DNA of 32,000 nucleotides. Origin: an uncultured Chloroflexia bacterium. GTDB lineage: Bacteria > Chloroflexota > Ktedonobacteria > Ktedonobacterales > JADMIN01. The stretch's first letter is position 1, and every line of letters begins with the position of its first letter. The position numbers and the translations under genes are program-made. Positions 1 through 7,807 of the stretch are shown here, one piece after another. The notes under the pieces are model-generated. The model ran no database searches. It was not told the origin of the DNA and saw only the letters and a program-made list of their open reading frames with translations. The stretch spans positions 960,001 to 992,000 of the forward strand of contig CAVRAI010000004.1 in the NCBI GenBank assembly GCA_963718915.1. Direction: 5' to 3'.

Positions 1-2422
1 TGTCGCCTACGTCTGACGATTGGCGCAATGCGACGGCAATCACCTCATCCATGGATTCGACTGGTGCGAATGAGATCTGCGCGCGGATATCGGGTGTCAC
101 GTCGTCTAGGTCTTTGAGGTTGCGGCGAGGCAAGACAATGGTATGGATGCCGGCCCGATGCGCAGCCAGCACTTTCTCCTTGATGCCGCCAACGGGCAGC
201 ACGCGGCCCCGTAGTGTCAACTCACCGGTCATCGCGACATCACGGCGCACCGGACGCCCACTTAACGCCGACATCATAGCGATAGCCATCGTCACTCCCG
301 CCGACGGGCCATCCTTGGGGATGCTGGCTGAGGGCAGGTGTACATGAATATCGTTGGTTTCGTGGAACAACGCTGGCAGACCAAGCGCCTGCGCCCGCGC
401 GCGGGTGAACGTGAGCGCAGCCTGCGCCGACTCTTTCATCACGTCACCGAGCTGACCGGTCAGCTGCATGGAGCCGTGCCCTGGAAGAGCCATGACCTCT
501 ACTGTCGTCAAATCGCCGCCAGCGGCCGTCCAGGCGAGGCCAGTCGCCACACCTACCTGGTCAGTCTCTTCGGCTTCCGTCGGGAAGTACTTTTGTGGGC
601 CAAGATACGCAGGGACTCGAACCGAGGTAATGCTGGCCTTGTGGCGGCGCCCCTCTGCAATTCGTTTGGCGACGCGCCGCATGATAGCGCCTAGTTCGCG
701 ATCAAGCCCGCGCACGCCTGCCTCGAAGGTATATTCGCGGATGATCCGATGGATGGCGCAATCGTCAATTTCAATTCGCGAGGTGTTCAGCCCAGTGTCA
801 CGCATTTGGCGCGGGATGAGAAACTGTTGGGCGATCTGTGCCTTCTCTTCCTCGGTGTATCCTGGAATTTCAATAACTTCCATCCGATCACGTAGCGGCG
901 CGGGAATTGTGTCCAGGACATTTGCCGTCAGAATAAAGAAGACTTTCGAGAGGTCGTAGGGCGCCTCAAGGAAATGGTCTGAAAAGCTGTTATTCTGCTC
1001 AGGATCGAGCACCTCTAACAGAGCCGCCGCTGGATCGCCGCGAAAATCAGAGGCGAGTTTGTCGATCTCGTCGAGCACAAAGACAGGATTGACGGTTTTT
1101 GCCAGCTTCATGGATTGTATGATGCGTCCAGGCAGCGCGCTCACATAGGTGCGGCGGTGGCCGCGAATCTCTGCCTCATCGCGCACCCCACCCAGCGAAA
1201 CGCGTACGAATGTGCGGCCTATCGCTTCGGCGACCGAGCGACCGAGCGATGTCTTGCCTACGCCTGGAGGGCCAACCAGACAGAGAATCGGCGCACGCCC
1301 CTCTGGCGCAAGCTTTCGGATCGCCAGGAACTCCAGGATACGCTCCTTCACCTTCTCCAGCCCGAAATGATGGGTATCGAGCACATCCGCCACGTGCGAC
1401 AAGTTCAAGTTATCGCGCGAGGCTACATTCCATGGCAACATGATGAGCCAATCGAGATAGTTGCGAAGGACGCTATATTCTGGAGCCATTGAAGGCATTG
1501 CTTCGAGGCGGGACAGTTCGCGGAGCGCGCGTGTCTGCACATCAGCGGGCATTCCAGCGGCTTCGATACGTTCGCGCAACTCGCTGATTTCACGGAGGGC
1601 AGGATCATGCTCGCCCAGTTCTTGCTGGATGATCTTCATCTGCTCCCGGAGGTAAAACTCGCGCTGGCCGCGATCGATCTCACGCTGGACGTCAGCTTGA
1701 ATCTTGCCCTCGATCTCAAGCACGTTTAGCTCGCGCAGCAGCAGCAAACAGGTCTTACGCAGGCGTTCCTGAGGGTCGAAGATTTCAAGGAATTCCTGGC
1801 GAATCGGTAGCGCGGGTTCTAGCTGAGCAATGATGAAGTCGGCTAATTCACCGACCGAACTGACATTGAGCGCCTGCACATACATATCTTCGTTGAGTCG
1901 CTGACTCAATCGTGTGCATTTCTCGAAGTATCCAAGTGCTGTGCGTGCAAGCGCTTCTGTTTGGTCGCTCGTACTTGGGGCATCAGTACAGGACAAGCCA
2001 CGGACTCGCCCAAAAGGGGTCTCATGCAGCCAATTTGTGATCCGAAACCGACGCAAGCCGTGAACAAGGACGCTGCTCGCACCGTCTGGCATGCGTATCA
2101 CGCGATTGATGGCGCACTCGGTGCCAACGGTATAAATGTCAACTGGAAGAGGATCGCTTGTCTGCTCGGAGCGCTGGGCCACCAGCAAGATTGTCTGATT
2201 TTCGGCAGTAGCTGCCTCAACGGCCTGGAGAGCAGGGTCACGGTCGACAAAAAGTGGAAGCACCATGCCTGGCAAAACGACGGTATTGCGCACGGGCAAC
2301 ACAGGCAGTTCCCGGATTGTCCCCATGCTATCTGTCGCACCACGCTGCATGCATGCGTTCACTGTGGTGTCTGAAATTCGCGCATCACGAACGCGGCGTG
2401 TGGGACGAGGCCGCTTATCCAT
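1..2422 (-). CDS. lon: ATP-dependent Lon protease (C-terminal few residues and stop lie outside the window)
   Basis: Absent from the ORF track; this is my own reverse-strand translation. The ATG at 2422-2420 follows AGGAGG (rc of 2428-2433) with a 5-nt spacer. The product begins MDKRPRPTRRV...ELPVLPVRNTVVLPGMVLPLFV (Lon N-domain). Walker A is LVGPPGVGKTSLGRSV (rc around 1291-1235) and the protease active-site motif is KDGPSAGVTMAIAMMSAL (DGPSAG = rc of 296-313). The frame stays open to position 2. Confidence 0.93.
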   Translation of the reverse strand, partial: MDKRPRPTRRVRDARISDTTVNACMQRGATDSMGTIRELPVLPVRNTVVLPGMVLPLFVDRDPALQAVEAATAENQTILLVAQRSEQTSDPLPVDIYTVGTECAINRVIRMPDGASSVLVHGLRRFRITNWLHETPFGRVRGLSCTDAPSTSDQTEALARTALGYFEKCTRLSQRLNEDMYVQALNVSSVGELADFIIAQLEPALPIRQEFLEIFDPQERLRKTCLLLLRELNVLEIEGKIQADVQREIDRGQREFYLREQMKIIQQELGEHDPALREISELRERIEAAGMPADVQTRALRELSRLEAMPSMAPEYSVLRNYLDWLIMLPWNVASRDNLNLSHVADVLDTHHFGLEKVKERILEFLAIRKLAPEGRAPILCLVGPPGVGKTSLGRSVAEAIGRTFVRVSLGGVRDEAEIRGHRRTYVSALPGRIIQSMKLAKTVNPVFVLDEIDKLASDFRGDPAAALLEVLDPEQNNSFSDHFLEAPYDLSKVFFILTANVLDTIPAPLRDRMEVIEIPGYTEEEKAQIAQQFLIPRQMRDTGLNTSRIEIDDCAIHRIIREYTFEAGVRGLDRELGAIMRRVAKRIAEGRRHKASITSVRVPAYLGPQKYFPTEAEETDQVGVATGLAWTAAGGDLTTVEVMALPGHGSMQLTGQLGDVMKESAQAALTFTRARAQALGLPALFHETNDIHVHLPSASIPKDGPSAGVTMAIAMMSALSGRPVRRDVAMTGELTLRGRVLPVGGIKEKVLAAHRAGIHTIVLPRRNLKDLDDVTPDIRAQISFAPVESMDEVIAVALRQSSDVGD

Positions 2423-2812
2423 GGATGCCTCCTGGAAGTATTGCCGGTGCGGTGGCAGATGCGCCGAAAGCATACTGAGCGAGTTGTCCGCTGGTGCTAG
2501 CCTGCTCGTTTGCAGTATACTTCAGCAGCCAGTCAAAGGCAATCAAATGGCCTGACTGTCTGGCCGCATCTGGGTGTACCTGTCGCGCTCCGACTGCTAT
2601 AATGACGGACGAGATTTGCGCAATGGCACGCAGTTATCCGTATCTGGTGACGTCTGTCGTGATTCACAGGGCAAGTGGGCAGCTTGACAGCAATCTTCAC
2701 GGCCCCGCGCAAAAAAAGTCGCAAGCCTGCTTAGTTGCCGAACGTACCTTTCAGATTACTCTCGTGTGAGGCGCGCTTTTGCGACAAGGTATAATAGAAT
2801 AACATATGTGAC

Positions 2813-3145
2813 GTGGTGACCATAACGACGGAAGCGGCTGGCCAGGTTCAGGATAGCAAATCCGTGAAGGCGCCGAGTGGCGCCAGTTGTGGTTCTGGGG
2901 CGGACCTGGAGAGTGAGGATGGGGTGATGGGGATTGAATTCACATTTCCGCGCTGTCGTAAATGCGGTGCGGGTGATCTGGTTCCGCTGTCAGATTTCGG
3001 CAGCCAGGGAGCGCCGATTCAGTTTAAGGCCTGGGTTTGCACAAACCCCAACTGCCTCTACAACATCAAGATTCGTAATGGCGATGTCATCGTCAACGAA
3101 CCAGTTAGCGACGCTTTACAGCATCCCTATAGAACGTCACGCTAG
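2813..3145 (+). CDS. small hypothetical zinc-ribbon protein (CxxC ... CxxxxC)
   Basis: ORF with a GTG start at 2813. An alternative ATG at 2927 follows GAGG (2915-2918) with an 8-nt spacer. The core is FPRCRKCGAGDLVPL...WVCTNPNCLYNIKI, with four Cys arranged as a zinc ribbon. Third-position GC of the N-terminal extension looks coding-like, so the start is uncertain. Confidence 0.5.
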   Translation: MVTITTEAAGQVQDSKSVKAPSGASCGSGADLESEDGVMGIEFTFPRCRKCGAGDLVPLSDFGSQGAPIQFKAWVCTNPNCLYNIKIRNGDVIVNEPVSDALQHPYRTSR

Positions 3146-3465
3146 CGCGCTCGCATGTTCAACATGTCTGCTTCATGTGTCACTGAGGACGATGGCGGCA
3201 AGTACCACACTGAGACCACATCCATCCACCAGTTTACGGCGTGAGAAATGCCGTATCTATGTGGCATTGCGCTTCTGGTGGTGGCGGTTCATCGTGTGAC
3301 ACAGGTATGCTCATGCTAGCGACTCGGTGTCTTGATGCGGTATAGTTTCCGGGATGCGCTGGTAAATTCATCACTGATGAAGAACATCAGTCGCAATGTT
3401 GATATTCGCCCAGTTCATACGACTCGCTTTCGAGTCACTCAATACACATCCTGAGGAATAGCATC

Positions 3466-4728
3466 GTGTTCAAACGACTCCGTGACGGACTTCTCGGGCG
3501 CACCGAGCCAGACCAGCAGGAGATAGCGCAGACAACTGTCTCACCTGAGGCTGATGATGCCGTAAATGAGACAGATGAGACAGATGAGACAGATGAGACA
3601 GATGAGACAGATGAGACAGATGAGACCAGTGTCGCCATTGATGATGACGGGGCGTTGCCGCCTGAGAATCCGCCAGCCGCGCTGACCACTCCAGTGTCAG
3701 GCCTTTCGGAACCGCCAACTGCGCTGTCTGAACAAGTGCTTGAGGCAGGTGAATCGCCAGACGACCACCCCGCTGAACATGATGGGCTAGATAACGATGA
3801 GCAGGAGCGGCGAGGCTTTTTTCGCAACCCATTCAAGTTCAGTCTGGGCAAGACGCGCCAACTCTTCGGGCAGATGAATGCCGCCTTCGACGAGGCAGAT
3901 GATATCACCGATGCGCTGTGGGATGAGTTGGAGGAAACGCTCATTACCGCCGATGTCGGCGTTCAGACAACCGAAAGCCTGATGGACACCCTGCGCGAGC
4001 GTGTCCAGGCAGAGGGGCTAAAGCGAGGTTCAGAGCTGCGCGACGCGCTGAAAGAAGAACTTGAAATTCTGCTAGGTGATCCTGAGCCTCTTGTGTTTTC
4101 GGACACCTCGCCGATCTCGGTCTACCTTGTCGTCGGCGTCAATGGCGTTGGTAAGACGACCAGTATAGCCAAGCTGGCGAATCAACTCAAGAAGCAGAAG
4201 CACCGTGTTCTTCTGGCCGCCGGTGACACTTTTCGAGCGGCGGCAACCGAGCAGTTACGTACTTGGGGTGAGCGCATTGGCGTTCAGGTCGTAGCGCACC
4301 AGCACGGCGCTGATCCGGCGGCAGTCGTGTATGATGCGATGCAGGCGGCCCAGGCGCGCGGCTCCGATGTGCTGATTGTAGACACTGCGGGTCGCCTCCA
4401 TACAAAGTACAACCTGATGGAGGAGCTAAAAAAGATCGTTCGCGTATTACAGAAGTATGATCCCGAAGCGCCCCATGAAGTCTTACTGATCGTCGACGCA
4501 ACCACCGGCCAGAATGGCTTCATCCAGGCCAGGCAGTTTGTCAAAGATGCTGGTGTCAGTGGCGTCATACTGACGAAACTGGATGGAACAGCCCGCGGCG
4601 GCATCGCGTTCGCCATTGCCGCCGAATTAGGCTTGCCGATTAAATACGTTGGAACAGGCGAGCGTGTGAACGATGTCGCGCCTTTTGATGCGCAAGAATT
4701 CGTGGATGCGCTGTTTGGCGACGAGTAG
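3466..4728 (+). CDS. ftsY: signal recognition particle receptor FtsY
   Basis: The SRP-GTPase NG domain has GVNGVGKTTSIAKLA (G1), DTAGRLH (G3), TKLDGTARGG (G4) and a C-terminal GTGE. The long acidic N-terminal A-domain contains (ETD)n. Confidence 0.93.
   Translation: MFKRLRDGLLGRTEPDQQEIAQTTVSPEADDAVNETDETDETDETDETDETDETSVAIDDDGALPPENPPAALTTPVSGLSEPPTALSEQVLEAGESPDDHPAEHDGLDNDEQERRGFFRNPFKFSLGKTRQLFGQMNAAFDEADDITDALWDELEETLITADVGVQTTESLMDTLRERVQAEGLKRGSELRDALKEELEILLGDPEPLVFSDTSPISVYLVVGVNGVGKTTSIAKLANQLKKQKHRVLLAAGDTFRAAATEQLRTWGERIGVQVVAHQHGADPAAVVYDAMQAAQARGSDVLIVDTAGRLHTKYNLMEELKKIVRVLQKYDPEAPHEVLLIVDATTGQNGFIQARQFVKDAGVSGVILTKLDGTARGGIAFAIAAELGLPIKYVGTGERVNDVAPFDAQEFVDALFGDE
3566..3630. 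repeat. perfect 9-bp tandem repeat (gagacagat x6 plus one degenerate copy) inside ftsY
   Basis: Copies of gagacagat lie at 3568-3576, 3577-3585, 3586-3594, 3595-3603, 3604-3612 and 3613-3621. A degenerate copy, gagaccagt, follows at 3622-3630. The repeat encodes ETDETDETDETDETDETDETS. Confidence 0.95.
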
Positions 4729-4942
4729 CCATAGTGGGTGCGCTCGTATGGCGACTTTGGCGCTTTCTTGCAGTGCAAGGCGCAGTCAAGGCGCAGAAAT
4801 TCACAATTGACGGGCGTCCGACAATAGAGGAAGATAGAATGACAGTCTTTTTCCGCTCGTTGCGCTTCACGCGCAAGAAGGAAGCGGGCGGCGCCCACCC
4901 TTCATGCCAAGGTTCGCAGCCCTGCGGGTACGGAGGTAGAGC

Positions 4943-5824
4943 ATGAGTGAAAATGGTAAGCAGGCGGAAGTACCAGTTAGCTTTAATGGCGCGCACCCTG
5001 ACATAGCAATGCGCTCCCTACCAGACAACCTGGCTGTCAAGTGCCCGAAATGTCGCGAACTGTTACTCGGCAAGGATTGGGAGCGCAACCTCAAGGTTTG
5101 CCCACGCTGCGGCCATCACGCGCAACTGACTGCGGATGAGCGCATCGACCTGCTCACCGACGATAATACGTTTATCGAAATCGATCGCGATCTGGTCTCG
5201 AATGATCCTCTCAAATTCGTCAGTAACGCGCAGACATATAGCTCGAAACTGGAGGGTCTGGTCGCATCAACGCAACTGACCGAGGGCGTGAAGGCTGGTG
5301 CGGCGAAGATAGATGGCCTGCCATTTATGCTTGTCGTTATGGATTTCCGCTTTCTTGGTGGCACTATGGGCGCGGTGGTTGGGGAGAAAATAACCCACTC
5401 CATTGAGATAGCGACTCGTGATCGCATACCGTTGCTCATATCAACCGCCTCTGGTGGCGCCCGCATGCAGGAGGGCGTCATCGCGCTCATGCAGATGGCC
5501 AAGACGTCTGCCGCCTTGGCCAGGATGGCTGATGCTGGTGTGCCGTTTATTGTGCTACTTACCGACCCCACAACTGGCGGCGTCACCGCCAGCTTCGCGA
5601 TGCTGGGCGATGTCACGATTGCGGAACCGGGCGCGCTTGTTGCCTTCACTGGCCCACGCGTCATCGAACAGTCGTTGCATGTAAAGTTGCCGAAAGACGT
5701 GGGCTATGCGGAGTTCTTGCTGGCCCATGGCATGATCGACAGCATTGTTCATCGCCGCGAGCTAAGGGCGACCATAGCACGTCTTTTACATTACTATGCA
5801 GTCGCCGAGGCCGCCGTCCATTAG
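4943..5824 (+). CDS. accD: acetyl-CoA carboxylase carboxyltransferase subunit beta
   Basis: N-terminal Zn finger CPKCRELL...CPRCGHH, then FLGGTMGAVVGEKI, SGGARMQEG and FAMLGD motifs typical of AccD. Confidence 0.93.
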   Translation: MSENGKQAEVPVSFNGAHPDIAMRSLPDNLAVKCPKCRELLLGKDWERNLKVCPRCGHHAQLTADERIDLLTDDNTFIEIDRDLVSNDPLKFVSNAQTYSSKLEGLVASTQLTEGVKAGAAKIDGLPFMLVVMDFRFLGGTMGAVVGEKITHSIEIATRDRIPLLISTASGGARMQEGVIALMQMAKTSAALARMADAGVPFIVLLTDPTTGGVTASFAMLGDVTIAEPGALVAFTGPRVIEQSLHVKLPKDVGYAEFLLAHGMIDSIVHRRELRATIARLLHYYAVAEAAVH

Positions 5825-5895
5825 ACTTCTGACTTCGCTTTGCATGATGCTGATCCAGCGACGTATGCGACAGACAATACGTTGTGGGGGGACAT

Positions 5896-6879
5896 ATGAT
5901 GATATTCGATCTCGAGTTTGAGCGACCGTTGGCGGAGCTGGATAAGCGCATTCAGTCGTTACAGAGAAAAGCAGCCAGGCTTAAGAGCGACGACCGCGCA
6001 CGCCTGAAAGAATATCAAAGCGAACTCGATCTACGTCTTCGCGAAATTTATGACGCATTGACTCCTTGGCAATGTGTGCAGGTGGCACGTCATCCGAAAC
6101 GCCCTTATACCTCAGACTATATCGATTTGATGTGTGACAATTTCTTCGAGCTTCGTGGGGATCGGCGCTATGGTAATGACCGCGCCATTCTGGGCGGACT
6201 GGCGAGCCTTAGCGGTCAAACAGTCATGATTCTGGGAAACCAGAAGGGACGCGACACCAAAGAACGGATGGAGTGCAACTTTGGTATGGCGCATCCCGAA
6301 GGGTACCGGAAAGTCTTGCGCCTCCTGCGTCACGCCGAACGCTTCCACCTTCCCATTGTGACATTGGTTGATATTCCAGGGGCATCACCTGGCCTCGAGG
6401 ACGAGCAGCGTGGCATTGCTCAGGCAATCGCCGAGAATCTGATGGTGATGGCGAACCTGCGTACCCCAATCATCGCCGTGGTTATTGGCGAAGGTGGCAG
6501 TGGAGGAGCGCTCGGTCTGAGTGTCGCCGATCGCATTTTGATGCTGGAGTATAGCATATATACGGTGGCAAGTCCGGAGGCTGCCGCCTCGATTATGTGG
6601 CGCGACAACGCGTTTGCGCCGAATGCTGCCGAGGCAATGAAGATTACCGCGAAGGATCTCAAAGAATTACGCTTGATCGAAGACATCATCCCTGAGCCGC
6701 TGGGGGGCGCTCATCAGAACAAAGCCGAAGCTGCCGCCGCTGTCAAAGCCGCAATCCTTGCAAATCTGGCTGAGTTACAGGCGCTGCCAACCGAGGAGTT
6801 ACTCGAACGGCGTTATCAGCGATATCGCGCCATCGGCCTCAGCGCGATTAAGAATGTCGCAATTGAGGCAACACGCTAA
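5896..6879 (+). CDS. accA: acetyl-CoA carboxylase carboxyltransferase subunit alpha
   Basis: Motifs are RHPKRPYTSDYI, DIPGASPG (the usual DTPGAxPG), IGEGGSGGAL and PLGGAH. The gene lies directly downstream of accD. The ORF opens at GTG 5884, but ATG 5896 sits 5 nt after a GGGGG run. Confidence 0.93.
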   Translation: MMIFDLEFERPLAELDKRIQSLQRKAARLKSDDRARLKEYQSELDLRLREIYDALTPWQCVQVARHPKRPYTSDYIDLMCDNFFELRGDRRYGNDRAILGGLASLSGQTVMILGNQKGRDTKERMECNFGMAHPEGYRKVLRLLRHAERFHLPIVTLVDIPGASPGLEDEQRGIAQAIAENLMVMANLRTPIIAVVIGEGGSGGALGLSVADRILMLEYSIYTVASPEAAASIMWRDNAFAPNAAEAMKITAKDLKELRLIEDIIPEPLGGAHQNKAEAAAAVKAAILANLAELQALPTEELLERRYQRYRAIGLSAIKNVAIEATR

Positions 6880-7059
6880 GACACGCTCGTGTGGCATGTT
6901 GTGTCGGAAGGACATACAAATACCCTGTGTCCTTGGGGAAAAGAACAAAGGCGAAGGAGGCAAGGCTCCAATTCGCCCTCGTGTGCTAGTTGCGCGCCCG
7001 TGGTGGTCATTTCTGGTAGACAGATAACTCCCGCTGAATCACACAGACGCTTCGCTTAC

Positions 7060-7356
7060 TTACTTTTTGTTGCTGTCCGGCTGGACACGCGCCCGATTGC
7101 GCTGGCCGCCGATGCGCCCAATGCGCGCATAGAACTCGGAACCCTGGCGATTCTTTGTCTGCTCGCCGCCTTTACGTCCAATTTCCGCGTAAAACTCTGA
7201 ACCGTGCTCGCGCCGAACCGTGTCGCCGCCCTTCTTTCCGATGCGGGAATAGAATTCTCGCCCGTACTTTTTGCGAACCGCCTCGCCACCACGGCGCGCT
7301 TCCTCAGTGCCGGCGACCGGCCCACGCTTCTTGCCAACCTTCTCTACATCCGTCAT
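7060..7356 (-). CDS. KGG-repeat general stress protein (YciG/GsiB-like)
   Basis: Three tandem ~20-aa repeats G(R/S)EFY(S/A)(R/E)IG(K/R)(K/I)GG, i.e. the KGG stress-induced motif. ATG at 7356 follows GAGGGG with a 7-nt spacer; the ORF track extends to TTG 7362. Confidence 0.8.
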   Translation of the reverse strand: MTDVEKVGKKRGPVAGTEEARRGGEAVRKKYGREFYSRIGKKGGDTVRREHGSEFYAEIGRKGGEQTKNRQGSEFYARIGRIGGQRNRARVQPDSNKK

Positions 7357-7807
7357 AGCCAATCCCCTCTTAGGTCTTTCTGCGTCATGCGACGGCGGCT
7401 ATCGAGCGCAAAGACCGGAGGAAGGGATCAGCCTGGGTTCGCGATTATGATCACGTACTGATTTGCCGTAACCGGTCCAGCGGTGACGCCGGAACCCGTC
7501 TCTCTATAGTGAAGTATCACATGCGAATTTGCATGCTGCGGGAGTCGGCAAAGACAATAGGTTTTGCTTGCTCCTAGAGTTAGTACGTGGCTTGATATCA
7601 AAAGGTTCCATGCACACACCTGTCTACCTAATAGTATGTGACGATTCTCATGATGCATACCAGCGTACATAACAGCAGCCGCCATTAGGAGTTTGAGCCT
7701 GTGCCTGCTGGTTCTCCGCTGAAACGTTCGCCAGCTTCGTGATATACTGCCACCGCTTACTAAAGAACGACCAGTGCAACTGGCCCGCTCGGACGGGTCT
7801 GTGCGAA

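Noticed and set aside
51-2374. Many plus-strand ORFs (98-163 aa) listed in the track across the first 2.4 kb
   Set aside because: They are shadow frames of lon on the opposite strand. Their products are Arg/Ser/Pro-rich with no motifs, while the minus strand reads as a continuous Lon protease with Walker A and DGPSAG.
2440-2520. GTGCTAG-containing sequence upstream of lon as a possible CIRCE (HrcA) element
   Set aside because: Only one half-site loosely resembles TTAGCACTC, and the other arm is not its complement, so it is not a credible inverted repeat.
3566-3630. Possible CRISPR-like or minisatellite array
   Set aside because: The units are 9 bp, directly abutting with no spacers, in-frame within ftsY. 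It is a coding tandem repeat, not a CRISPR array.
3435-3944. 169-aa minus-strand ORF with a striking SVSSVSSVSSVS repeat
   Set aside because: The repeat is simply the reverse-complement reading of the ftsY (ETD)n 9-bp tandem repeat. The FtsY frame continues into a complete SRP-GTPase domain.
7430-7450. GGGTTCGCGATTAT resembling a tRNA T-arm (GGTTCGAAT)
   Set aside because: No flanking acceptor, D or anticodon stems can be built, so it is not a tRNA or tRNA fragment I can support.
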